DNA of 64,000 bases, taken from NCBI RefSeq assembly GCF_009914755.1, contig NC_060929.1; one strand, 5' to 3'. Source of the DNA: the human T2T-CHM13v2.0 reference genome, Homo sapiens. The translations under genes and the position numbers were made by a program. The notes under the pieces were generated by a model, which saw only the letters and a program-made list of their open reading frames with translations, did not search any database and was not told the origin of the DNA. This document shows positions 32,179-46,420 of the stretch, piece by piece; positions within the stretch are counted from its first letter, which is position 1; each line of letters begins with the position of its first letter.

Positions 32179-32825
32179 GCTTTCAGAGAAATAAATGACA
32201 AGCAGACAATATACTTAACGTCCTCAGAGAGATACTACTAACAAAATAGTATGAAGGAAGTTGGTAACTAAAGTCAAAGGTTCTGGCTGAGAAAACACTT
32301 TCCACAATGGAACATAAATAGCAGATGACCAGGACAATGTTTTATTTTGGCCTGTGTCTGAACTCAAATTAGCTGTTTAAAAAAAAGTTAACTGAAACTC
32401 CAAAAACACTAGAAAGTAAAAGAAAATCGGATTTAAATCTGCCCAACACTTGACCAGCATGTGTGCCATTTGCTCCAACCCCACATCAGAGTGACCCTGC
32501 AGGCCCTGGGGGTACTCAAGTCCAAAAGATCAAGTAACAACAGGCAGGGAAGCCTCAGAGGAAAAACTGTGAAAACACAATAAAGTAGAACAATTCCTAC
32601 CATTTGGCCTAGTGATGAAAGGAGAAATGAGGTGTCACTGAGGATGATAAATATTTGGACCCTTGACTTCTCTGTGAGGATAAAGTAACAGAACAAACAT
32701 CTTTTCTCGAAGGGATGATTTGGTGTGCCTTGAGATTTACTAAGCTGAGATGATTCAGCCATGTTCACAGTTGAGAAGGCAGGTCCCAGAGCAGACAGTA
32801 CCAAGAATGTACAGACATGGCCCAC

Positions 32826-33030
32826 TCACTGAATTCCTCTGTCCAGGGGAAGTTCTCACTAGCAATGTGAATTATTCTCATGTTTGTATGTAATTAATAT
32901 TGATGGTGAAGGGTCCCTGTAAGTTAGGCAGCCTCCCCCAAAAGGAACTGTTTTTATTCTTTAAGAACAAACTAATAACGAGTAAATCTAATAAGACTAT
33001 AAACCATGTCTGTGTAGCAAATTTATACCA
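32826..33030. repeat. Left arm of unclassified long inverted repeat
   Basis: Aligns in blocks to the reverse complement of 33915-34096; 21-bp perfect core at 32900-32920. Confidence 0.9.
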
Positions 33031-33125
33031 CCAGTGAATTCAACAGCACTAGAAGGGAAAGAAATCATTCCAGCTTCTCACGCACTGTCTCTAGGGTGGG
33101 CTGAACACAGGATAAAATCCTCTAC

Positions 33126-33161
33126 CTTGGCTGCATTCTCATTAGGCCATCTGCAAACGTG
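33126..33161 (-). other. Candidate 36-nt exon in the inverted-repeat loop
   Basis: Minus strand: tcctctggcttctcttctttctgcAG|CACGTTTGCAGATGGCCTAATGAGAATGCAGCCAAG|GTAGAG (strong acceptor, weak donor). Confidence 0.2.
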
Positions 33162-33914
33162 CTGCAGAAAGAAGAGAAGCCAGAGGACTTGGAGGGTGGA
33201 GAGGCTGGGGGGAATGCTCCTGCTCTAACTTTCAGTCTCTTCATGGGAAAGTCATTTCCCTCAGAGCCTGTGTTCATCCTGCACTGGAAACACAGCTGTG
33301 GTCACCACATCCCTAGTTAAACACTGCTCCACAATCATAAATACTGCTGCTGTCAGTAGGAAGGAGTCAATGGGTGTGGGGAAGTTTCCCTTAAAATAAA
33401 AAAATTAAAGACTTTTAAAAAACTGTATTAATGTGGAAAAAATACGCAGACACAACTTTAGACTTCCCCCTACTCCTCTCAAAAAAACTCATGAAATATG
33501 GTACTACTTTGAAAAGAAGTTCCACTGAAATTTCCAGAAAAGGCAGAGTATACTTATCTGATGTATACTCTGGAGAGAGAATGACAAATCATTAACCTGA
33601 AAGTGTACACAAGGTTAAAGGAGATGATGATGGCAATGAAGAAAGGAAAAAAGAAAAAAAAATAAGGCCCAATGATGTTGACAACTTCTTTGACTTTTTG
33701 AAATTAGCTGTTTGTAAAATAGAAAGATTTCTGTTAATGTCACAGAAACATGAAAGATGCAGTATTTGCAAAACCGAAACAACTTAAAATTCTTATCCAC
33801 CAGCTTCACTAAAGGCATTTTATTAAGCTAAGGAATACAGGATTGAAAGAAACATATCCTTCTCAAATTTTCCATTCTTTCACCCGAACAAAAAAGTATG
33901 GCACCAGAAAAGAA

Positions 33915-34096
33915 TGGTATAAGGTTACCACATAGACATGATTGATTTAGATTTAGTCTTCATTTGTTTGTTCTTTAAGAACAAACACCTCCCATAGGGG
34001 AGTGAGTCTGACTCACAGGGACCCTTCACCATCAACATCAATTCGTATAGAAATCTGAGAACTTATCCTGGGCAGATAAGTTCTGGAATTCAGTGA
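33915..34096. repeat. Right arm of unclassified long inverted repeat
   Basis: acagggacccttcaccatcaa (34015-34035) is the exact reverse complement of 32900-32920; further matching blocks lie on both sides. Confidence 0.9.
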
Positions 34097-34214
34097 ATAC
34101 ACCCAACAGGACACCTAGAGCCCAAGGCCTTGGGGAAACAACCTGCCAATGCTGCCTGCAACCCAGCCCAGAGGTCTACACCACTTGCCCTGGTCAGAAC
34201 CAATCATGGCAGCT

Positions 34215-34730
<516 letters not shown>

Positions 34731-35031
34731 TTTCTCATTTATTGATTAGCCTACAGCAAGCAAAGTCTCAATTCAGATATCTGAAAACTGTTATCCCCCA
34801 TCAGTAAAAAGGGTTTAAACCTCCAAGTCGATTCTTTTTTCCTTCCAGTTGTTTTGTTCTTTCTCATTATATGTCCTCAGAGGGCTCTTGAAACAAATGG
34901 GAACTAGCAACATGGAATGAGAGCTACGAATGAGTCCATACCCTTTACCAGAAACTTCTCTTTGGAGAAATATATCCGCAGGAATGGACCCCAAGAGAGG
35001 GGGAAAAGCAATCTACTTAAAGATGTTTGCT

Positions 35032-35156
35032 GGCCGGGCATGGTGGCCCATGCCTATATTCCCAGCACTTTGAGAGGCTGAGATGAGAGGATGGCTTGAG
35101 CCCAAGAGTTCAAGACCAGCTTGGGAAACAAAGCAAGACCCTATTCTACTAAAAAA
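35032..35156 (+). mobile_element. FLAM/AluJ left monomer inside an old L1M fragment
   Basis: Monomer only; TSD agatgtttgc. Confidence 0.85.
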
Positions 35157-35328
35157 TTTTTTTCAGTTAAAAAAATTTTTAAAAAAACACACAGATGTTT
35201 GCAGCATTATTTATGCCAGCTTCAAACTGGAAAGACCTCAAATACCCTAATTTGGGGTTAGCTAAGTACACTATGACACATACAATGATGAAATACTAAA
35301 TGAGCTATTCAAAATGAAGCAGAATGTG

Positions 35329-35480
35329 GGCCAGGTGCAGTGGCTTACATCTGTAATCCCAACATTTTGGGAGGCTGAGGCAGAAGGATTGCTTGAAGCC
35401 AGGAGTTTGAGGCCAGCCTGGGCAACACGGCAAGACCCTACCTGCCTGGGCAACATAGCAAGATCCTATCTCTAAAAAAT
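35329..35480 (+). mobile_element. FLAM/AluJ monomer with internal duplication
   Basis: gcctgggcaaca..gcaaga.ccta occurs twice; TSD aaaatga(a)g(c/t)agaatg. Confidence 0.85.
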
Positions 35481-35557
35481 TAATTAATTTAAAATGAGTA
35501 GAATGCAGTTAGTGCAGATACATGGAATGTAAAATTATAATAACACTAAATATTTTA

Positions 35558-35974
<417 letters not shown>

Positions 35975-38105
35975 CTATAGTCTCTTTTTTCTAGTTGTGA
36001 AACTAATAAAGAAGCCCAAACTGTATGAAAAGTTCAAACAGAGAATAATAATAGATTGCTATGTGATCCAAGAAACTTGTATTCATGACAACACTACATG
36101 CAAACCCTGATAACTGAAATTCATTTTCTTAATTTTTGTTATTACTGTACCTGTCTGCACTGTAGCTTCTTGACGGCTGGCTTTAAAATAAAGTTGACAG
36201 TATCTCTGGGGAAAGTAACAAGGTACAAAGTTCTACATCAGTGCTGCTCAGAAAACATTCCTTTAATCCTTTTGTTTATTCTATTCCCTGCATTTATGAA
36301 CTCTCTAAATCCCTTCTACTTAAACCACAGCACTAAAGCACTAGGATTAAAGACGTGGTGAATTTTCTAACAGAATGTACTTAACTTTATGTCTGGGCAA
36401 TGTATTTGCACAGTTTCACACTTTAGTGATTTGCTGAATGAACCTGTACAACATAATGTGCCTGAAAAACTCATCTTTCAAAATTGTTTTATCAGAAAAT
36501 ATGACAGGAGATTTCCATTACTTCCCATAAGAAAAGGCTGTCCAGCCCCACTGCAGACTGAGTGTGTGTTACTGGGCTTCGAAAGCCAAGTGCAGAAGCC
36601 ATGGCTTGGCTTGGGTTTTCGTTATATTTCAAACATTATTAAGGAGGCCATTTTAATGAAAAGTGTTACAATTAATTGTTACCTCCTTTGAGTGGCTAAA
36701 ATCAGACATTCTATAGGACACCCAGGCAATCAACGCAACTTCAAAAGCTGGTGGGCATCAGGATCAAGACCAGCACTGATGCACTGCCTGGACTCTGAGC
36801 AGGGTGACTTGTGTCTGGGAAATACATGGCCCTGACAGGGGCATCAGGGGATCTGTTTCATTGGCGACTCCTCTGTGCCACCATAGGCTGACAATCACCC
36901 CTTCCAGCCTCTTTCAAAATACACATCAGGATTTTTAGGGTCTTTTATGTCATTATTACCAACCCCATGACCATGTTACCACCTTGAACTGGATAGAATG
37001 TACACAGGTCACCTTACAACATAGGCTTCTAAGATAAGTGAAATCAAAGATAAGGCAGTACCTTTACACTTCTACCTTAAAGTGTCAATTTTAATTAAAT
37101 AATTCTTACTGAGCCACTTTCTCCTTTGGTCTATCACAAAATTTCACTCAAGCATGAAGACACAACAACCTGCAGATTATTTTTGGATTAATCATCTCTC
37201 CATCTTAAAATTCCCCAGAATTTAATATAATCCAAAGATGAATCATCTCTTCATAGTACTGTCAGCAGACAATATTAATCATCTTACATTTACAATCTGG
37301 TGTGAGGTTCTTCCAAAGCTTTCACACACATGCTATTTAACCCTCACGATCCCCATATAAAGTGAAATTGCTTTCGTCAGCCACACTCAATAACACATTT
37401 TACAAAATTAACTTCTCTAATATGAGGACTGATGAAACAATAACAAAATTAAACAGGTGTCACCTACAAAAATTCTGTGCTCCTATGCAGAGCTCAATTT
37501 GATTCAACTGATACTCACCAAGTGCCCACTCTGCCTTAGGCAACGTGCTCCTGGGTCAGGTTTCTTGAGGGGAACAAAACTTAACAAAATAACCTTATGC
37601 CAGTCCCTAAACATTTGTTTTTTAAAAACTGGTCCATGAAATCCAAAAGTCTAGGGCCTCTATATTTGAAATTTTGTATTGCACCTTTACTTTCCCAATG
37701 CCTAAGCGACCATCTGGTTTCAGATGAGCATCTCTAGAAGCAGCCTTCACTTTTTTATGCCACCAGGGATTAGGCAGTGAGTTACTGTGCTCAGTGCTAT
37801 TTAATGTACAAGACAGAAATTTATTAAATGGCAATGAAGTAGTAATTACTAAACAGTTCCCTAGTGGCTCAAAAAGTCGGTAATTAAATACCACTTAAGA
37901 CTGAGAGTTATTAAAAGGCACTAATGGAACAGTTTATTAAACAGTACCTTAGTGTCCTCAAAGGGTCATTTCCATACAACTCTCCATGATCAGACAGTCT
38001 CTGGGGAAATCCAGCTGTTTGCCGAGGGTGGGCGGGGGTGAAATGTGAATTATCACATAGTAGCCAACTCCAGCCAGAAACCCTGGCATTTGGCTGGACA
38101 GCTGA

Positions 38106-38412
<307 letters not shown>

Positions 38413-38551
38413 CCATCCCCCCTTGCAAGTCCCTGGCATTCTGATTTGCCTTGCAGCCTAAGTGCTGGGTGTAACAAGACAACATCCCCAACATGGTCCA
38501 TCACAGTCTGTCTCTTTTACTAATCACATCCCAAGATGTAGTGTATCTTCT

Positions 38552-38852
<301 letters not shown>

Positions 38853-40087
38853 TAGTGTATCTTCTACCATAGGTTTGTATTTCGCCATTCTGACATGAAT
38901 AAAAGACATTTAAAAATAAGTTATGATCTAATTACAAACAAAATTTGCCATATTTCCTCTGAGAACCTCCTCCTAAATGTCTTTTTTGTGCATCTTAGTT
39001 ACCCCCATCCAGTTGGTTCCACCTCTCATTCCTGTTTTATCCTAGACTAGCCTCTTCACTAGCTGGCTCTTCCCTGTAGTTACTGACCCCAATCTTTCCA
39101 ATCAAAAGTCAGCATGAAAAGTCCATCTCCTCTAGAAGGCTTTACCTGATAAGACAAGACACTGAAAAATCTTTCAAATACGGCTTCAATTTCCAAGTAA
39201 GTTTACAAAGAAAAGTGGTAGGTTTTTTTTCCCCTAAGCCGAAGGTACCTATGCATCTTGCTTGTTGTTGCAATAGTCTGAACATGCAAAGTCTATCTTT
39301 GGTAGATCTATGTAATGCCCAAAGGGAGCACAAAGTGAATGTTAAATATGAAATCACTCTAGGCAGTAAAAGAACACACACTAAAAAGCTTTTTAAGAAG
39401 ATATGTGATATCCTTACCATTAGATGAACTCAAGAAAGTGTAAAAGAAAGATAAGCAATTAAACAATGAACTGGTAAAAAGTTTCAGGTGACACCAGGGG
39501 ATGGACAAATGAGATCAAGGAGATAAAGTTCAAAGAGGTGGAACAACAGGTCATTAATCACATGGATCTGGGAAAACCCTCACAGACTGAAAGGAGCAGA
39601 GAAAACATTCTAAAAGGAACCAGAGATGGTCATGAAAGCAGTGCTTCCTTAGCAGGAATGCCAGAATACTCACCTGAAGATTATACCTTCAAATAAGAAT
39701 TATTTTTTAAAATGCTTATCAAATTACAAAACAGTATTTGCTACTTTCACTGACAAAAGCTCTCTTTAGCAAAGTTTTAGGAGCAATATGAAAATATGGA
39801 ACATAACAGATTGCCCAAAATGGAGACTAATAAAGGGCACTGTTTTACTTACACAACCTCCATGTGACAATTATTTAAAATACAAGTCAAGCAAAGACAT
39901 AACTGCATTCTAGAATAATATATGGGGAAATACAATCAGGCTATACAGTTTTGGTTTTTAACTACTGAAGCTTCAACATTCATCATTAAACTTCTCCCTA
40001 ATTAGCGATCTAAATTCTATTTGCAAAAAAAAAAAAAAAAGTGCCTAAAAACTCTCAGGTATTTAGTGACTTAAAATACATTAGAGA

Positions 40088-40388
<301 letters not shown>

Positions 40389-40618
40389 TTAGAGAATAAC
40401 ATTAAAGTCAGCAAGAGACTTTCCTTCTTTATGGGATAATAAAAAATGGCATGACCTTTCTGCAAGAGTTTGTCAACCTGCATGAATATCCAAAATGTTT
40501 ATACTCTGACTCAGGAGTTTTAATCCACTTACTATCATATAATTAGACAAGTGTAGTACAAAGATGTTTAATGGAGCATTATTCACAACTGGAGAAAAAT
40601 CCATCTATAAGAGATTGT

Positions 40619-40973
<355 letters not shown>

Positions 40974-41439
40974 TTAAAAATGAGGTGTCTCTAAACTCAT
41001 GCCACATAAAGACTACCACAATCCATTGTGAAGAAAAGAAAACAGTGTTTTCTGATATGATCTCATACCTAAGGTTCTGAGGGTGTATATGTACATGATG
41101 ATCATCAAAATATGGGCAACAACAATTTCTAGAAAATGGGTATTTGACATGGTTTGCAATTACTTGTACTTTTACCTATTCTTTGAATTTTCTACAATAA
41201 GCACTTTCTCTTTTGGACAGAAAAGAAACCAGAAAATTAAGCTCCTTTTATTTTGAAAGAAAAAAAGTCATTGGTGTACCTAAAAAAAAAAAAAAATTCT
41301 TTTTGTGGACAGAATAATAGCCATCCTTTATTTATAGGATGAAAATTCTCTGTCATACATCAGAAGCTCCGAATGGAAACAGCCTGACCTTCAGGCTGCT
41401 GAAACTCCTGCCCTGGGCAGCAGCTCCCAGCATTAATGG

Positions 41440-41530
41440 GAATCACCTACCTAAACCTGCCGGGGGATCAGAGTCACCTACCTAGCCTGCCAGGGGACTA
41501 GAGTCACTTACCTAGCCTGCCAGGAGATGA
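41440..41530. repeat. Minisatellite, 3 x 30-31 bp
   Basis: ga(a/g)tcac(c/t)taccta(aa/g)cctgcc(g/a)gg(g/a)ga.. at 41440, 41471 and 41501. Confidence 0.9.
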
Positions 41531-44500
41531 GCTGGGCATAGCTAGCTCCAGTCAGACCCCACTCAAGTCACCCCACCCCAGGCAGACCACCAGCCTCCCA
41601 GTCAGCAATGCTGACACCCACGCCACACTGTAGGAAAAGAGCCCTTGGGTGGACTCTGGGTCCCACCAAGGGCAGGCAGGAATGCAGGGTCCTCATTCAG
41701 GAACCGCCAGCTGGACCTTCTGCATTCAGCACATGTTCCTGTCTGAGAAGGAAAGGGCTACTAAACGGAAACGTCTTCACGAAAAGGTCTGGGAGAAGAG
41801 AAAAGATCCAGATGCCTTGGGCTTGTTCCACTTTTCCATAGATGGAGCCACTGGGCCCCCAGGAGAGACTCGGTCCATGGAGATGAGTAAGCCAAATACT
41901 GGCAAGATTCCACTCGGAAGCCAAGGGCCTGCTGGGGACCCAGAACTGTGGTGTGCATGGGAGGATGGCCTGGTGAGCAGGAGAGGCCAGAAGGCCCTCT
42001 TCATGGGCTTCAAAAACCCAGGACACCAGCACATACGATATGAAGCAAAAAGCCTACGAATCCAAACAAACTCCAGGGAAAAGTGTGCCATCAGTAGTCC
42101 CGCTGGTACAGACTCTCCTCAAAATCCAGCCTCTAACAATGAAAGCAGCTAAGAAGAGTTACACTAGCTGTTGCTGTCCCCTCTCCCTCCCACGCTTGCT
42201 CCCTCCCTCCCACACCCTCCACCTTCCTCTCCTGTGCATTACTGAATCATTGCTGATCCATTTGAAAAATGGCCACATGCATGGACTGAACCAATATTCT
42301 GACACATATCATGTGGCAAAGAGGAGATGTCATTAGACCATAAGCAAAAAAAAAAAAGCATTGCACGGGCATTAACACAACATTTAAGTGTCCTCCTCAA
42401 GGAGCCACAGGCACAGGGAGTGGTGCAGCTCTGATTCAGTTAGGCTTTCACTGCTTTGTTACTGAGAAGGGAAAAAAAAAGTTCATTAACTGCTATAAGC
42501 AGACAGACAAAGGAGGTATAAATTCTTCTTCTAAGACAATTTTGTTTGGTCTTTAAAACCAAACAAAACATGATATAAGTGTCCACTAAGCAAGGGCTAA
42601 GAGTCCTTGCCCTGCTGTGGGAGAGCTGACAGCAGGCTGAGCTCAGTGCAGCACGCGTCCCCAGGCAGAGCACAGGCTGCTGTGAACTGTGGCCCAACTG
42701 CAGGGCCAGTCCAGGGCAGGGCAAGACCAGTGTGGGCTGAGGGGCAGGAGAAAGGCTCTCAAAGGAGAACTCCACCTGGGCTTTGAACTCTGTCCATTGT
42801 CAGCTTCTGCACTCCAGCAGGGCTCAGTGTCATCTTCTGACCCTGGCCTATGAGGTTTCTGGGCTCCCTGCTCAGTAATTCACATTCCAGAGCTTAAGGA
42901 GAGGATGCTGAGCTCAGCCCCTGGCCCCAGGAAGTCCCGCCAGAATCCTGGGGAAAAAGACTGGGAAGTCCCTCCGGAGAAGCCTGAGGGCTGAGGATCA
43001 GAAAGGCTTCAGGGCTGGGGCAGAAGGAGCCCAGAGGCAATTACTAAGGGGGATGGTGAAGCAGGCAGGACCAGATGACACCAGCCTAGGGAGTCTGGGA
43101 GGAATGTGGATTTTATCCTACCTGTGACAGGAGAAGACTGAAGATTTTAAGCAAGGGAGTGAAAGTGGTCTAATTTGCCACCTAATTTACATTTTTAAGA
43201 ATTCTGAAAGCTGCTGTGTGTATCGCAGATCATGTAGGAGCACAAACTTTTTTTACAGAAAATCTATCGTTAAAACTCAGAATATACGGAGGCCACAAAG
43301 GGAGAAGTCTTTCTAATTCCATTTTCCCACATGTGATACAGACGAGTTCTGAGAACGCATGCACACATGGTAGGAGCTTCATGAGTTAAAAAGCCACAGT
43401 GCATTTTAAGACAGTCCTTTCTAGACAGTGTATTTCTCTCCGAAACAACGAAACAACTATTTTTATTTATTTGTTTCTTCTCCCAAAAGACAAAAGAGAA
43501 TAGGAAGAGAGAAACAAAATATTACTTTATAGAAAAGGATTATGACATTCCATTACACATTAATTTGGTTAGCTGTTGGCTGACAATGGAGCATTTTTCC
43601 TACTATCTCCTACTTACTATTCAAACTGACTTTGTGAAGACTTCTCCCATCCGATTAAAGAGGGTTTTTTAATCTAGTTGAAAATTTTAATGAAAATATA
43701 AAAATCATCCTGATCTTTGCATAAATTTCCCTTTAAAAATTAAAAATAGGAAAATAGCCATTAAAACAAATCAGTAGTAGCAGAGTAGGATTTGCATCTT
43801 TCAGAACTGGAATGCCATTGTATAGTCATTCCTCCAGAACTCTGAAAATATGACTACTATTTATCCACAGCCTTCCCTAGGCACTTAAAGTGCTTTACAA
43901 ATATCATCCTCAAAATAACCCCATAAAGAGAGGAGAGTTTGCTATAAAAGTTCATTGGGCATGAAAACTTGGCTCAGTTATTCAACAGCTTGATCCAAAA
44001 GCAATTATTAAAACTAATTTTTAACAGCAACAAAAATAATTTGGCTGAAAGAGTAAACTAATAAGCAGTCAACTACCTACCCGTGGCACACTTCCTCTAC
44101 ATAAAGGCTGCCTTTCCTTGCCCCAATCCCCAGAATCACTTCTATGAAACCAGCTCCAGTAAACAGCGACAACCCAGAGGCCTGGTGCCAGGCGCAGTCT
44201 TCAAAGAGCTGGACTCCCTTTTACAGCAGCACTTAATCCTGCATTTAAAGTGCCCTTAAGGCTGGCACCAAATGAGCTGGGGAGACAGTGATTTCCTAAT
44301 GAATTAAGGCTGAGCCAAGCTTCATAATGCATTAATGATGGTCCCCTAATAGTTTGAAGGTAGAGATTCATCCAGCCTCACCTCCCCACCCAGCTCTTCC
44401 ACGTGCATAGCTGGTGATCTTGAAGTTCTCCTGGTAGACAAAGCACCAAGAAGATGGGTGGTTCCATGGAGCAGGCAGCTGTACACAGAAGCTAGTGCAA

Positions 44501-44839
44501 AGAATGCCAATAAGCCCTTTTCCAGGTGCCTCCTGAGGGGCAGGGGCAAGGCCAAGGAATGAGGCCAAGGCCACAGAATATACTGCTTAGAGGTCAACTT
44601 CCCTTATCAGCTTTCTACCTCTGTTGTGGGCTTGCTTCTCTCAAGACATAGGTAAGTTTCTTGGATGAGAAACAAATGCAGCTGGTTCTATAAGATCATG
44701 GCAAACTTGGAACATGCACTCATTTTTCTTGGTTCATAAATCCAGACTTATCCCACATACCTTAGAGGCAACCAGAAGTGACCAGGCAAGGAGATCGTCC
44801 CAGCCTTTTCACAGCATTGTATGGTGAGAAAAGGATTCA

Positions 44840-45025
44840 CATCCCTGCTTTGCCACCGACTAGTAGAGTGCATTATTAACACAAGTCACTTTGCATCATT
44901 TACACAAGTCACTTATACTGAGCTTCTATTGCCTCATCTGTAAAACAGGTCTAATACCCCATAAGGTGGTTGTGAAGATTAAATGTATTAATGAATGGGC
45001 AGTGTCTGGAATAAAATAGATGCTA
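44840..45025 (+). mobile_element. MIR
   Basis: caagtcactta..ctgagcttc...cctcatctgtaaaacagg..taatacc...ggttgtgaagattaaatg. Confidence 0.7.
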
Positions 45026-46209
45026 ATTATCACTTTCTCCTGTTTGCATGAGGTCAACCTCCTCCTATTATCTGTAACTTTCACTGTTTATTACTCTCAG
45101 GTTCAAATTTTTAAATCCATTTGAAATGGACTATCCATGTCTATTTCATACTAAAAGAAAAGCCAGCCAGGATGATGATTTAAAACAGGCTTTCAATCAA
45201 GCAGAGCTGCAGTCCAAAATCCAGCTCTACCACTTACTTGGTTGTATGATCTTAGTAAAGTTGTTGAACTTCTGACTCAGATTCATCAGGTACAAAAAGG
45301 GAGAAGGGGGTTAATATCTCCAACAAAGGACTGATTATATGAAGGATAATGGGGAGGAATAAACAGCTATCTCTGTAAGAGAGCCCTGGTCAACATACTC
45401 CCTGGGGCTTAGGACACCCTAAGCAAATGCCACTTCATCACAATACTGTCTTGTCTTGGTCACCAGAGTACCCTACGGCAGCTGATGAACAGGCCCCTAG
45501 AAATAATGCCTGCTCACTGATGTTAAATTTGGCGCCAATGCTATGAGAAACATGAGTTAATGAAAGGGTTTAGCTCCAAGTTTTAAAAAGCTTCATGGGT
45601 GAAATATGGCTAGACAGTCTTTGCCCTGAATCTGATGTGGTCACCCTCAGCGTCCAGGGGCAGCCTGGCCTGATCTGCCTGGGCATTTATAGCTGGCCCC
45701 TTAGCAAGCAAGGTCCAACAGACAAATGCTACTAGAACAACTCTATCCACCTTCTCTGGCTTGGGAGTCTCCTTTTATTTCCACTAGGTCCCCAAAGGGT
45801 GGGAGATGGCAAGAAAGCTTGTTCTTTACCTGTACAATGAGCCTCTGGGTAAAGCTCACTCATTTTAAGAAAAAATAATCTACTTCTAAGCTCCACCTCT
45901 GGAATTAGAAAAGCAGTGTTAAATCAAACTGATACAAGTGGTTCTCACAGTTATCTGGCACATAAACCTACTGTTTCTATTACTACATGCCAGACTCTAC
46001 CCATTTTATTGTTAAGTCTTTAGGAAACATTCTAAAATCATTTTGTTACATTTGAACTTAAACTTATGGTGGAACCCATATTGACTCTGCAAATATAAAA
46101 ATAAGAGCATCAATACAGCTCATGTTTAGAAAAAGAAAAAAGGACTAAAAAATTTAGAAAAAAAAGTGACTTCGGACCCTTTCAAATTATATTTTACCAA
46201 AAAGAAGTA

Positions 46210-46420
46210 ACTACTGAACACTTCAAACATGGCAGGTTCTGTTATAACCCAGTTGATCTTCACAAAAACCTATGAGATAACACTGGCTCCAATTTACAGA
46301 TGAGGAACTGAAGCAAAGAAACTTCAAGTAACTTCCCAAAGATCACCTAGCTGGTAATTGTTAGGGCTGATTCCAAACCCAGGCAGTCTGGCTCCAAAGC
46401 CTGGGCTTTTTACTACTCTA
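46210..46420 (-). mobile_element. MIR
   Basis: aatttacagatgaggaactgaagcaaaga...aagtaacttcccaaagatcacctagctggtaa...aaacccaggcagtctggctccaaagcc. Confidence 0.8.

Noticed and set aside
41608-42336. Stack of overlapping ORFs on both strands
   Set aside because: Locally higher GC lowers stop-codon frequency, and none has recognisable homology.
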